From: Alphaproteobacteria bacterium
Lineage (GTDB): Bacteria; Pseudomonadota; Alphaproteobacteria; CASFRQ01; SAAU01
Assembly: GCA_009929265.1 (NCBI GenBank)
Contig: SAAU01000002.1
Span: 14,668 to 78,667 of the forward strand
Length of the DNA: 64,000 nucleotides
Reading direction: 5' to 3'
Numbering within the stretch: position 1 is the first letter of the stretch; each line of letters opens with the position of its first letter. A model generated the notes under the pieces. That model saw only the letters and a list, made by a program, of their open reading frames with translations. It had not been told where the DNA came from and searched no databases. Made by a program: the position numbers and the translations under genes. Shown here one piece after another: positions 54,457-64,000 of the stretch.

Positions 54457-57400
54457 TTAAAACCCTCCTAACATCTTTAAATTAACTCTCAATAGAAAGC
54501 TTAAATCCCCTTTGTAGTCTCTATCCTTCGTATATGAACGTTCAAAATCAAGAGCAAACACGGCACATTCATCTTCATAAGCCAACGTCCCGCCCATTTC
54601 AATAGGTCCTTTTTCTTCTTTTAATCCGTATTTATAATAAGAACTTAATGTCCAATTTCTCAAAAGTTTTGAGTTCAAAAAGAAAGTTATTTCCTCTCTA
54701 TCTGGAAAGTTTGAGAATTGTGTATCACTTTTATTTAAGAACATATAATCCACCCCAAATCTTAAAGGATCCTTCCCAACAGAAAAGGTGACCTCAGAGG
54801 TTCTTGGATTAAAAGTTTTATAATCTAGACGAAATCTATATTGAAGAAACATATTTTGATACGTCACATTAACTCGCCCAACATAATCGGAAAAGTTTTG
54901 CCTTAGCCCCGATTCTTCTGGGAAAATATCCTTGTCTAAAAACTGATAAGATTGTCCTAAAAAGGCTGACACATTAGCCTTTCCATACAAGGCCCATTTC
55001 ATTCCATAGGCCACATGTGTCCCATATTCTATTCTGTCTCTTCCTGTAAAACGGCTGGTTGAAAACAAGTTAGCATCATCAAATTCAACATCCAAACTGT
55101 CATTATTGGGAATATTTGTTTTATCTGAAGAAGACGGGGCTGTCACAAGTTTAATAACGGGCTCAATCACCTGAGATGATGTTTCTCCGCCCTGAATTAA
55201 AGGATATTTAAATTCTAAAGAAGCTGTTGGAACAAAACGAGAAACACGCCCGTCATAAGTTGAATCGGACACAAAATATTCATCCATTCGCATTTGAGTT
55301 TGGAAATTAAAAACCCCTCCAAAATCAGAAACATAAGGAAGTGTAAAAGTTTGAACCACAGAAATATTCTTTGAATTTTCATCATTATCGCGTTCAATAT
55401 AGGCCGAATACACTTCTGTTGAAAAATATCCTCCCTTAAAAAGAACAGGCCCTTGATAGGCAAAATAGACCGGTAAAACATACGGCATTTCGTCGTCAGA
55501 AACATCTGCCCTTAAATTTTGGAAAGCAAGACCTGTTAAAGAAAAATAGGATTTTGGAGAAAATCTCTCAAACCGAACTTCATTTTGAAGCCAAGAAGCG
55601 CTTTCGTTTGTTCCATCAATTTTATAACGGCGAAAATATGTGTCATCGTTTGTCACGTTGACTTCTGATTTAAACCGCCAATTTTGATTTAAATCATAAC
55701 CGAACTCTCCTTTTAAATGTCCCAATCTTTTATTGGCATCATCTTGTGTGAAACTGCTTTCTAAATCGATTTTTCCTTTTCTGAAAACGCCTCTATATTT
55801 TGAAAAGATGAGCGGCTTATGGGTAGAGGAAAAATATGGCGTAATTTCCAAATCTTGATGATCCGATAGGACCCAGTAAAAGGGAAGCCCGAGAGCCACT
55901 CCTAATTCTTGAGATTTTTTAATTTTAGGCGATAAAAATCCTGTTTTTCTTTTCACTCTAAAATCAGGATATTGGAGATAAGGCCAATAAATTAAGGGAT
56001 AGCCTTTGATTTCTAAAAAGGTATTTTTTTGTGTAAATTCTTGTTCTTTATCATTATGCTCAACCTCTTCTGAATGAAGGGCCCACAAAGGAGAGGCAGC
56101 CACACAAAAATCACACGGCGTAAAGACCCCGTCTTCTAAATAGATGATATTTCCTTCATCCTTACGTTCTGCTTTATTCGCCCAAGCTTGCGATCCATCT
56201 GGAAAGAGTATAGAGATTTTTTCCAAAAACCCTGTTTTAAAGTCAGATGTAAAATTACCTTCTTCTGCAAAAAGCTCTGTTCCATCCTTTTGTGTTAAAG
56301 AGACATTTCCAAGAGCTCTTACCTTTTGAGTCTGCTTATTATAAATAATCTTATCTGCTTTTAGATTTGAATCCTCTTGCGTGGCTTCCACATTTCCAGA
56401 GGCAATAACTTCTTTTGTTTCTTTATCATAGATAACTTCATTGGCTTCAAATTCAATGGGCTGATTTTTTTTGCGATTCAAAGAATCTTCCTTTGTAGAA
56501 GCATTTGAGCAAAGGGGAAGACTCATTAAAAACAAGAAAAGAAAAAATCTTTTTTGAATCTTTTTAAGAAACTCTTTCTTTTTCTCTTCTTTTAAAAAAG
56601 AATATTCATCGAGCATTTTTCCTTTTAAAAGAAGCATGAGAAGCACCCCAAAAGGAATCAAAATATTTGCCGCCATTAAAAGCAAAAACCATAAATTTTT
56701 GTTCGCAAGATTTTCAAAACCTAAAGCTGCTGATTGCAAGAATAAAACAGTAAAGGAAGCCAAAACGACTTGTTTTGTTTGAGAGCCTCTCTTAAACCGG
56801 CTTAATAACGTAAAAACTAAAGCGACTAAGACAAAAACCAACGTATAAAAAGGAGAAGAGAGCCTTTTAAAAGCCTCGACCTTATACATTCTGTATTCTT
56901 CCTTATCAATTCCCTTTTGTTTTTTCTTAACTTCTAAAAGAGCTCTAAGCGGCAATTCGTTATCTCGAAGAGTCCTTTTTTTAGAAGAAGAAAACAACTC
57001 CGAAAAGTCCATTACATACTTATCAAAATAAAGCGTTGAATATTTTTCAGAGGTTTTTTTAATTTCTTGACGAGAACCGTTTACCATTAAAAGCTCTGCC
57101 TTCCCGCCGTGTTGCATAAAGTTTCCTTTTTCGGCAAAAACAACGGTTTGAAGATCTGGCTTTGTCTGATCGTAAATCATAATCCCGTGCAAAGAGCCAT
57201 CTTTATCCCGCGAACGGACATAAATCGTATAGCCTTTTGAAACGTAATTAAATTGCCCTTCTTGAAGTAAGACATGCGTTAAATCACTTTTAACTTGGAA
57301 TTGAAGCTCTCGAAAAGTTGTCACGGATTCTGGAATAATTTTAAGGGTCAGAAAAAAACCAAATCCCGTCAGGAAAATTCCTAAGAAAAGAACTGGTTTT

Positions 57401-57699
57401 GATAAATTCCAAGGGGTTAATCCTGCCGATTTCATGATAGTGATTTCTCTATCGGCATTCATTTTATTTAAAACAAAAAGCGTCACCACAAAAAAAGCAA
57501 GGGGGGCGATAATGGCCAAAAAATTTGGAAGAGCTAAAAAAGTTAGTTTAAGAAAAACAAGAACAGGTAATCCTTTTGTGACAAAAAGGTCTATCATTTT
57601 GAAAGATTGCGCCAACCAAACCAAAGACATCATTCCCAAGGAAACAAGGCAAAATCCAAAAAATATCTGCTGCGTTATATATTTAGAGAGAAGCTTCAT
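54457..57699 (-). CDS. lptD: Single ORF combining an LptF/LptG-family permease (about residues 1-375) with LptD/OstA (about residues 385-1080)
   Basis: The N-terminus MKLLSKYITQQIFFGFCLVSL starts a six-TM YjgP/YjgQ fold. An internal signal-peptide-like KKIQKRFFLFLFLMSLPLCSNA follows. Then come an OstA N-domain (IEFEANEVIYDKETKEVIASGNV...) and a large beta-barrel that ends in an aromatic residue (..LGGF). Confidence 0.6.
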   Translation of the reverse strand: MKLLSKYITQQIFFGFCLVSLGMMSLVWLAQSFKMIDLFVTKGLPVLVFLKLTFLALPNFLAIIAPLAFFVVTLFVLNKMNADREITIMKSAGLTPWNLSKPVLFLGIFLTGFGFFLTLKIIPESVTTFRELQFQVKSDLTHVLLQEGQFNYVSKGYTIYVRSRDKDGSLHGIMIYDQTKPDLQTVVFAEKGNFMQHGGKAELLMVNGSRQEIKKTSEKYSTLYFDKYVMDFSELFSSSKKRTLRDNELPLRALLEVKKKQKGIDKEEYRMYKVEAFKRLSSPFYTLVFVLVALVFTLLSRFKRGSQTKQVVLASFTVLFLQSAALGFENLANKNLWFLLLMAANILIPFGVLLMLLLKGKMLDEYSFLKEEKKKEFLKKIQKRFFLFLFLMSLPLCSNASTKEDSLNRKKNQPIEFEANEVIYDKETKEVIASGNVEATQEDSNLKADKIIYNKQTQKVRALGNVSLTQKDGTELFAEEGNFTSDFKTGFLEKISILFPDGSQAWANKAERKDEGNIIYLEDGVFTPCDFCVAASPLWALHSEEVEHNDKEQEFTQKNTFLEIKGYPLIYWPYLQYPDFRVKRKTGFLSPKIKKSQELGVALGLPFYWVLSDHQDLEITPYFSSTHKPLIFSKYRGVFRKGKIDLESSFTQDDANKRLGHLKGEFGYDLNQNWRFKSEVNVTNDDTYFRRYKIDGTNESASWLQNEVRFERFSPKSYFSLTGLAFQNLRADVSDDEMPYVLPVYFAYQGPVLFKGGYFSTEVYSAYIERDNDENSKNISVVQTFTLPYVSDFGGVFNFQTQMRMDEYFVSDSTYDGRVSRFVPTASLEFKYPLIQGGETSSQVIEPVIKLVTAPSSSDKTNIPNNDSLDVEFDDANLFSTSRFTGRDRIEYGTHVAYGMKWALYGKANVSAFLGQSYQFLDKDIFPEESGLRQNFSDYVGRVNVTYQNMFLQYRFRLDYKTFNPRTSEVTFSVGKDPLRFGVDYMFLNKSDTQFSNFPDREEITFFLNSKLLRNWTLSSYYKYGLKEEKGPIEMGGTLAYEDECAVFALDFERSYTKDRDYKGDLSFLLRVNLKMLGGF

Positions 57700-57709
57700 T
57701 CTTGTTTTC

Positions 57710-58603
57710 CTAGTTCTTCAAATGCGATAGAGGATGTTTTGTTTTCATAATTTTTTTCAATCTGTCCTCCATGACATGGGTATAAATTTCTGTTGTCGAG
57801 ATATCCGAATGTCCAAGCATTTTTTGAACAGACCTCAAATCCGCATCATGTGCCAATAAGTGACTGGCAAAAGAATGACGAAAAACGTGAGGAGACACCC
57901 TTTCGGGATTGATATTAGCTAAAAGTGCAATTTTTTTCAACTGCTTAAAAAAGGCATCCCGCGTCAAGTGCCCTAATTTGCTTTTTGAAGGGAAAAGCCA
58001 TTTGCTCTCCCGCCCTGGTTTTAGGTGCATTTGACGAACAATTAACCATTCCTCTATAGCCTTTTTTGCGTGATGATTCAAAGGAACAATTCTTTCTTTT
58101 TGCCCCTTTCCCAAAATTTCTAAAGTCATCTGATTATTTAAAACCGCTGTTAACGGCAAACAAACAAGCTCACTAACCCTGATGCCAGAGGCGTATAAAA
58201 TCTCCAACATTACCTTTAATCTAAAATCTTTCTTTTCGGCCTCTGTAATTAAAGAAATCACTTCTTTTTCTGTTAAATACTTTGGAAGCGATTTTTCTAA
58301 ACGCGGCGTTTCAATCCCCAACGTTGGATTTTCTTTTACGGTTCCTTCTGAAAACAAAAAACGGTAAAACTCCCTTAAACAAGAAAGCCGTCGAGCCTGT
58401 GTTTTTGCAGATAAGTTGTTTTTTGCAATCGTTTGTATGTATTTTTGAACCTCTTTTTGAGAGACTATATTGAGTTTCTTGCCCCCAAGAAAAGCTATAA
58501 AATCCTTTAAATCTGAGCGATACGCTTTTATCGTTAAAGGAGATTGCCCCTTTTCCGCTGTTATGGCTTCCAAAAAGTTTTCAACGAATAAATTCATCTT
58601 CAC
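57710..58603 (-). CDS. xerD: Tyrosine site-specific recombinase XerD/XerC
   Basis: The catalytic residues sit in R..HSFASHLL...LGHSDISTTEIYTHV. Confidence 0.8.
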   Translation of the reverse strand: MKMNLFVENFLEAITAEKGQSPLTIKAYRSDLKDFIAFLGGKKLNIVSQKEVQKYIQTIAKNNLSAKTQARRLSCLREFYRFLFSEGTVKENPTLGIETPRLEKSLPKYLTEKEVISLITEAEKKDFRLKVMLEILYASGIRVSELVCLPLTAVLNNQMTLEILGKGQKERIVPLNHHAKKAIEEWLIVRQMHLKPGRESKWLFPSKSKLGHLTRDAFFKQLKKIALLANINPERVSPHVFRHSFASHLLAHDADLRSVQKMLGHSDISTTEIYTHVMEDRLKKIMKTKHPLSHLKN

Positions 58604-60149
58604 ACAGCTTTTCTATAAAAAGGGCTTGAGCTTCTTTTTCAAAGCCAAAAAGTTTTAAGCTTTGAAAGGCCTCTCTTTCCAAAACGCCTTGATTGGTAAT
58701 TTCTAAAGAAAGAAAGATCGCTTTGGCTCGTTGCCAATTTTTTCTGGCATAAAGCAAGTTTTGCTCAAAAGCGCGGCTCATCCTTTTTTCCAAAAGGGGC
58801 GCTTTATCTTGAACTTTATCTGATAAGAAAGCCTTTTTATCCATCACTTGATAAAATTTTTCTAACAAAAGAGGCGTGTGATTGAAAAGAAGACCATAGG
58901 TTTTTACTTTTTCTTCTTGCAAGGAAAGATTTTTTTGCGCGCTTAAAATAGAAGCCATAAGCGGAAACACTTTGCTTGTTTTTTTCTCTTCTAAAGCATA
59001 AGAAATTAAAATCTTTAATGCCTTTGCTCTTTCAGATTTTGAAGAGGCCTCTTCAAGAAAAAGCGTTGAAAAAGAAGCCGCCCGCTGCTGTATCGGATTT
59101 AAGCTATCTTTTAAAGAAAGCCCTTTTCCATAACTTAAGTAAGCCTCTTTTGTTTCTTGAAGTGTTCCAATTTCTTCTAACGCCCTTATCTTTTCTTCAA
59201 AGAATATATCCTCGTCTCTTTGCTTCATAAACGCATATAAAAAGGAAGGAATCTCTTTTTCAAGCTTAATTTCAACCTTATTTTTTGAAAGCAAAGGCAG
59301 CATGACAGGTGTTATTTTTGAAGAAGAAATTTCTTTTACCTCGCCTTTTAAAAGAGATTTAAATCCCTTTTCTTTTTCAAACCCTTTAAAGCCCAAAGAA
59401 AGAGCTAATCTCTTCTCTTTCTCTTGCCCTTTTAAATCAAAACAAGAAAGTTGTGCTTCATAACGAAAAAGGCTATTTTCCTTTATTTTTGGTAAAAAAG
59501 CACACGCCTCTTCGTCTTTGCCTAAAGCAAAAAGAAGGCTTACTTTTTCTTCTAAAAAAGGATCATTTAGATCTTTTTCATCCACTTGATTGATAAGAAA
59601 AAGCGCGTCCTCAACACGACCAAAAGAGAGCAGCATTTCAACCCTTTTTTTCAAAAAATCACTGGCTTTAAATTCGAAAAGCGGTTGTGGTTCTGTTTTT
59701 GAAAGTAAGATAGAGCTCAAAAGTTCTTTTGCGCTAGAGCTTAAGGGCGTTTTTGAAAACAAAGAAAGTTCCTTTTCAAATTCTAAAAAAGTCATTCCTT
59801 TATAAAAATTTGCGGGAACGGAGGGGTTTTTTTGCCCCACATAGTCAAACAAAAGATCTGGCAAGGCCGACTCTTCAACTTGAAATTCAGCCCTTAACGG
59901 CGCGGGAGCAGGTTCAAAAACCGCCTCTTCTTTGACAGAAGGAGTCTCTTTTTCCTCTGTTGTTTTACTTAAAAGACGAAAGGGAGCATTCCCCTCAAAA
60001 TCCCCTTTTGTCGGTTGAAAAAACAAAGAATCCGCCGCTTTTACAGCAAAAGAAAGTCCCATAAAAACAAAACAAAGAAAAAAAATTTTTCCTTGTTTTT
60101 GCTCTTGATTTTCTTTTTCTAAAAACAGCTTATTGTTTAAACGTGGCAT
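58581..60149 (-). CDS. Secreted hypothetical protein, 522 aa
   Basis: It has a signal-like IFFLCFVFMGLSFAVKA. No domain was recognised. Confidence 0.35.
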   Translation of the reverse strand: MPRLNNKLFLEKENQEQKQGKIFFLCFVFMGLSFAVKAADSLFFQPTKGDFEGNAPFRLLSKTTEEKETPSVKEEAVFEPAPAPLRAEFQVEESALPDLLFDYVGQKNPSVPANFYKGMTFLEFEKELSLFSKTPLSSSAKELLSSILLSKTEPQPLFEFKASDFLKKRVEMLLSFGRVEDALFLINQVDEKDLNDPFLEEKVSLLFALGKDEEACAFLPKIKENSLFRYEAQLSCFDLKGQEKEKRLALSLGFKGFEKEKGFKSLLKGEVKEISSSKITPVMLPLLSKNKVEIKLEKEIPSFLYAFMKQRDEDIFFEEKIRALEEIGTLQETKEAYLSYGKGLSLKDSLNPIQQRAASFSTLFLEEASSKSERAKALKILISYALEEKKTSKVFPLMASILSAQKNLSLQEEKVKTYGLLFNHTPLLLEKFYQVMDKKAFLSDKVQDKAPLLEKRMSRAFEQNLLYARKNWQRAKAIFLSLEITNQGVLEREAFQSLKLFGFEKEAQALFIEKLCEDEFIR

Positions 60150-60333
60150 TTGGTAAAACCTTTTCTTCCTGATGGACGTTTGGCTTCATATCCCAAAAAG
60201 CAACAAAAACAGCAAAAGCCAAAAGAAGGAGAAGAATTCCTTTAATTTTTTTCATTTTTCTTTTTTGATGCATTTTAACCTCTAGACAGCTTTTATTTTG
60301 AACGTTATACTTATATTTAAGGAGTTTACTGTG

Positions 60334-60903
60334 ATGTCAGCGATGAGTCAATCAAAAGAACATAAATTTAGATTAAAAGAAAAGAAAATTATCCTCTTAG
60401 TCGGGCTTATGGGAAGCGGAAAAACAAGCGTTGGTCGGATTTTGGCAAAGACTTTAGACCTTCCCTTTTTGGATAGTGATAAAGAAATTGAAAAAGCTTC
60501 CAACCTTTCCATTTCGGATCTTTTTGCCTCCTACGGGGAAGAAGAATTTCGAAAAGGAGAAGAACGCATTATGGAACGCCTCCTGACGGGAAAGCAATGT
60601 GTTCTTTCCTCTGGCGGGGGAGCCTTTCTTTCCAAAAGAACACGAGCTTTGTCAAAAAAGACGACTCTTTCTATTTGGATAAAAGCTGATTTAGATATTC
60701 TTTGTTCTCGCACGCAAGGCAAAAAACACAGGCCTTTAGTTCCTTCCGAAGATAATAGAGATGCCTTACGCCATTTAATTGAAGAAAGCTACCCTCTTTA
60801 TGAGGAAGCCGATCTTTGTGTTGATTCCTGTGAAGAATCCCCTTATCAAACAGTTTTAAAAATTATGCCTCTTCTTAAAGAAGTTGGCTTTATTGAGGAT
60901 TAA
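60334..60903 (+). CDS. aroK: Shikimate kinase
   Basis: An SD (aaggag) sits 9 nt upstream of the ATG at 60334. The P-loop reads GLMGSGKTSVGRILA...DSD. The ORF track extends the frame upstream to 60298. Confidence 0.8.
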   Translation: MSAMSQSKEHKFRLKEKKIILLVGLMGSGKTSVGRILAKTLDLPFLDSDKEIEKASNLSISDLFASYGEEEFRKGEERIMERLLTGKQCVLSSGGGAFLSKRTRALSKKTTLSIWIKADLDILCSRTQGKKHRPLVPSEDNRDALRHLIEESYPLYEEADLCVDSCEESPYQTVLKIMPLLKEVGFIED

Positions 60904-60904
60904 A

Positions 60905-62161
60905 ATGACTTTTTCCCTTTCGCTTTTGGCGCTCTTTTTCCTTCTTTCTGCCTTTTTTTCAGGAACAGAAACAGCTTTTACGGCCGCTTCTCGCCCTCTT
61001 TTGTATGAAATGAAAAAAAATGGAAATAAACGTGCTTCTTTGGTTCAAAAAATGCTTAAGACGCCTGAGAAACTTCTTGGCACTTTATTATTTGGAAATA
61101 ATGTGGTTAATATCGCCGCCTCCTCCATTTCAACGGCCATTCTTCTTGAACTTTATGGGCAAAAAGGGGTGCTTATTGCAACCCTTTCAGTTAGTTTTTT
61201 TGTTTTGATTTTCTGTGAAACATTGCCGAAAACTTATGCTCTTAAAAATCCAACCTCTATGGCTCTTTTTTTAGCGCCTGTTATGCGGGGACTGATTTTT
61301 ATTTCAGCCCCAGTTGTTCTTTTTCTAAATGGTGTTGTTAAAAAATCCTTATGGCTTCTTCACCTTACTGCTGTTGAAAAACAAGACAGTAAAGTTCGTA
61401 TTGAATTACGCGGAGCCATCAATTTACCCGAAAATCTTTCCATTGAAAAAGAACAAAAAATGATGAATAACATCTTAGATTTAAGTGAAGTGACGGTGGA
61501 GCAAATTATGGTTCATCGCTCTCACATCATCTCTATTGATGTGGCAACGGATCCCAAAAAACTGATTGATTTTGTGACAAAGTGTCCCTACACGCGAATT
61601 CCCATTTTCAAAGATAAACCCGAAAACATCATTGGAATTTTGCATGTTAAAGCCCTTTTACGCGGAATTCAAAAAGCCCATAAAGATCTTAGTTCATTTA
61701 ATGTTCAGGACTATATGACCTCCCCTTGGTTCATTTTGGAAACAACCCCTCTTTTGACTCAACTTTATTCTTTTAGAAAACGCAAAGAACACTTTTCTAT
61801 TGTTATTGATGAGTATGGAATGATTTTGGGAATCGTGACCTTAGAGGATATTTTGGAAGAAATTGTCGGCGATATTGAAGACGAAACCGATTCTTTGGAA
61901 AAGAAACCTCTTTCTGTCCAGCTTCTTAAAAATGGATCTGTTTTAGCCAGTGGGGAAACCACCCTTCGTGATTTAAATAGGCAATTTAACTGGAATTTAC
62001 CTGATGAAGAAGCTTCCACTTTAGCTGGTCTTATCCTTTATGAATCTGAGCGCATTCCAGAGGAACATCAAACCTATCTTTTCTATGGATTTCACTTTCA
62101 AATTTTAAAAAAACAAGACAATTATCTAAAGAAAATAAAAATTATTCCGCCCAAAAAATAA
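60905..62161 (+). CDS. tlyC: DUF21-CBS pair-CorC_HlyC transporter-associated protein (TlyC/CorC family)
   Basis: The N-terminus is a four-TM DUF21 domain. Two CBS domains and a C-terminal CorC_HlyC domain follow. An alternative ATG lies at 60884. Confidence 0.75.
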   Translation: MTFSLSLLALFFLLSAFFSGTETAFTAASRPLLYEMKKNGNKRASLVQKMLKTPEKLLGTLLFGNNVVNIAASSISTAILLELYGQKGVLIATLSVSFFVLIFCETLPKTYALKNPTSMALFLAPVMRGLIFISAPVVLFLNGVVKKSLWLLHLTAVEKQDSKVRIELRGAINLPENLSIEKEQKMMNNILDLSEVTVEQIMVHRSHIISIDVATDPKKLIDFVTKCPYTRIPIFKDKPENIIGILHVKALLRGIQKAHKDLSSFNVQDYMTSPWFILETTPLLTQLYSFRKRKEHFSIVIDEYGMILGIVTLEDILEEIVGDIEDETDSLEKKPLSVQLLKNGSVLASGETTLRDLNRQFNWNLPDEEASTLAGLILYESERIPEEHQTYLFYGFHFQILKKQDNYLKKIKIIPPKK

Positions 62162-62174
62162 GGACGGGGAAAAT

Positions 62175-62981
62175 TTAAGCTTTTAGAAAATCTAGGACTT
62201 TTCCTTTTTTATCCAGAAGGGCAACCCCAACAGAGCCATCATGCCCACCCCCTGAAAGAAGGGTGAGATAAAATTCTGTTTCACAAAGAGACGCATTTTC
62301 TTGATAAGGAAGCGTGCGAATAACTTTTGAAAAGCCTTTATAAGGCTCCTCTGTTTCAAAAGGAAGAGTTCCGCCCCAACAAAAAGCTTCCTCTTGTCTT
62401 AAAAGAGATTTTTGCTTAAACAATCCGCGATGAACAAAAAGAAGCGTCTCGTCCTTAGTATGAATCTCTTTTTGAAGCGCCATTAAATAATCAAAATGAC
62501 CGTCATGGGCTTTAATTTTTTTCTTAAGCTCTGGAACAAAATAACTTAAAGCAACCGCCCCTTTTGAAGCGGCTATTTCAAGGTCCATTTTTTTAATGTT
62601 ATATGTTTGAAGAAGCGCTTCTAATCCCTGATCAAACATCCATTTCAAAACAGGCTTTGGCGATGGACAAAAAGCAAGCTGCATTGTTTTTAAAAGCAAA
62701 TCTTCACAAGAACCTTTTAAGAAAAGGATATCCCCTGCCTTTACCGAAGGAAGCGCCAATAATGCCCGTCTAAAAAAGAGGACCTCATTCACCGTTTTTA
62801 GGTTATCAGAGCCTTTTCCAAAAACATTTCCAAGGTAGATAACTTTATCGCCAATTTGAAATTTATCTGCGATTTTTCGGTGAAGCTGACGTGTTCGGAC
62901 AAAATCTCCGCCTAAAGCAGAAATCGCCCAAATTCGATTATAGTCAGAAAGGATGTTTTTTTGCATTTTACGCCGTCTCAA
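62175..62981 (-). CDS. Hypothetical protein with degenerate calcineurin-like/ApaH-like phosphoesterase motifs
   Basis: ISALGGDF sits where GDxHG is expected. LGNVFGKG sits where GDxxDRG is expected. GSCE sits where GNHE is expected. Metal ligands therefore appear substituted. Confidence 0.3.
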   Translation of the reverse strand: MRRRKMQKNILSDYNRIWAISALGGDFVRTRQLHRKIADKFQIGDKVIYLGNVFGKGSDNLKTVNEVLFFRRALLALPSVKAGDILFLKGSCEDLLLKTMQLAFCPSPKPVLKWMFDQGLEALLQTYNIKKMDLEIAASKGAVALSYFVPELKKKIKAHDGHFDYLMALQKEIHTKDETLLFVHRGLFKQKSLLRQEEAFCWGGTLPFETEEPYKGFSKVIRTLPYQENASLCETEFYLTLLSGGGHDGSVGVALLDKKGKVLDFLKA

Positions 62982-64000
62982 CTTCTTTCTTCTTCAAAGA
63001 AGAGGATTTTGCCGTTTTTTTAGCAGCTGATTTTTTAGCCGTCGTTTTTTTAGCAGCTGTTTTTTTAGCTGAGGCTTTCTTCGTTGTTGTCTTTTTTGTC
63101 GTTGCTTTTTTGGCAGAAGAGCGCCCTGTTCTTTTATTAAACGGTTTTCCTTTTTCTTTCAAAAGCAAAAGAGCTTCTTCAAAAGAAGGAACCTTTCCCG
63201 CCTCTTTATCTTTTTTAGACAACGGCGCCCGCAAGTTTTTCCATTCTAAATAAGCCCCATAACGTCCTATTTTAAAAAAGACCATCTCCCCTTCGGATTG
63301 ACCTAATTCTTTGGCTTGATTTTTCTGAAGAGCGGCAGCAATTAGCTCTTTTGCTCTATCTAATGTCATTTCAAAAATCGAATCTGGCTTCCGAACGGAG
63401 GCAAAGGTTTTTCCCCGCCCGACATAAGGTCCAAATCGCCCTTGATTGAGGATAATTTCTTCATTTGTTTCCTTATCAAGGCCTAAAACTTTTGGAAGCG
63501 ATAGTAATTCTTCGGCCATAAAAAGGGTCACGTCTTTTTCCGATAGCCCTTTTGGAAGGGAAGCGCGCTTTGCCTTTCCCTCTGAAGAGCTCTCTTCCAC
63601 ATAAAGGCCATATAGCCCTTTTTTAAGGAAAATTTCTTTCTTTGATGTTGAAGAAATGCCTAAAGATCTTTCCTCGTTTTGTTCGGCGTCATCCCCCTCT
63701 TCTGAAGAAAGGCTAAGCGGACGCGTATAGCCACATTCTGGATAATTTGAGCACCCAATAAAGACCCCAAAACGCCCAATTTTAATATTAAGTTTTCCGT
63801 CTTTACACTTTGGACAAACTCTATCTTCTTCGGATTTAAAGACCGTTGGATTTAAGATTTCTTGAATCTTATCAACAACCTCAGATCCTTTTAAAGCCAA
63901 AACATCCTGAACTTTTTGATGAAAAGGCGTCCAGAACTTTTCCAAGACTTTTTTCCAAGGAAGTTTCCCTGCCGAAATTTCATCCAATTTATTTTCCATA
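62968..64000 (-). CDS. topA: DNA topoisomerase I, C-terminal part (5' end beyond window)
   Basis: It carries a Zn-ribbon (CPKCKDGKLNIKIGRFGVFIGCSNYPEC) and TopA C-terminal repeats. A Lys/Ala/Thr-rich basic tail reads KKATTKKTTTKKASAKKTAAKK. Confidence 0.8.
   Translation of the reverse strand, partial: MENKLDEISAGKLPWKKVLEKFWTPFHQKVQDVLALKGSEVVDKIQEILNPTVFKSEEDRVCPKCKDGKLNIKIGRFGVFIGCSNYPECGYTRPLSLSSEEGDDAEQNEERSLGISSTSKKEIFLKKGLYGLYVEESSSEGKAKRASLPKGLSEKDVTLFMAEELLSLPKVLGLDKETNEEIILNQGRFGPYVGRGKTFASVRKPDSIFEMTLDRAKELIAAALQKNQAKELGQSEGEMVFFKIGRYGAYLEWKNLRAPLSKKDKEAGKVPSFEEALLLLKEKGKPFNKRTGRSSAKKATTKKTTTKKASAKKTAAKKTTAKKSAAKKTAKSSSLKKKEVETA

Noticed and set aside
60150-60255. Unlisted 41-codon minus-strand ORF (MKKIKGILLLLLAFAVFVAFWDMKPNVHQEEKVLPNATFKQ) overlapping the start of the 522-aa secreted protein gene
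   Set aside because: It could be a frameshifted true N-terminus of the downstream gene or a small membrane peptide. The data are insufficient and it is too short to support a call.
62891-63253. 120-aa plus-strand ORF (MFGQNLRLKQ...) with repeated FLAAVFLA motifs
   Set aside because: It lies antisense to the Lys/Ala/Thr-rich basic tail of topA. It is created by the low-complexity AAA/GCT repeat coding the KKxA repeats and is not an independent gene.

Overview
The window is a low-GC (about 36-38%) stretch of a reduced alphaproteobacterial genome. Its gene content points to a Rickettsiales/Holosporales-like endosymbiont. Gene-dense housekeeping blocks (partial nrdG, nrdD, secA, RluA-family pseudouridine synthase, fadL-family OMP, dsbA-like, a sensor kinase, tRNA-Gly, ftsK-lolA, glgA, rlmH, folD, yggU/yggT, ksgA, surA, lptD, xerD, aroK, tlyC-like, partial topA) surround two islands of an rvh-type type IV secretion system (T4SS).

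Island 1 (about 15.9-30.3 kb):
- Four tandem VirB6/TrbL-like polytopic membrane proteins, two of them with large periplasmic N-terminal extensions.
- A tandem-duplicated lipoprotein gene pair.
- A duplicated two-gene cassette of unknown, hydrophilic proteins that I treat as candidate effectors.

Island 2 (about 34.1-50.9 kb):
- An operon virB8-virB7-virB8-virB9-virB10-virB11 with no adjacent virD4.
- VirB10 is a 2,427-aa protein carrying a roughly 1,700-aa array of short Gly/Asp-rich repeats, which is CagY-like in scale.
- VirB9 carries a C-terminal SPOR-like extension.
- The operon is preceded by five consecutive signal-peptide-bearing, coiled-coil proteins, at least one with a TrbJ/VirB5-like N-terminus.

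Other oddities:
- A class III RNR whose glycyl-radical C-terminal module sits in a separate 61-codon ORF with its own Shine-Dalgarno sequence.
- An LptF/G-like permease and LptD read as a single continuous ORF.
- Two apparent pseudo-enzymes (transglutaminase-like and metallophosphoesterase-like).

No CRISPR array, IS element or rRNA gene was seen. All functional calls rest on motif recognition from memory and on gene context. No database search was run.
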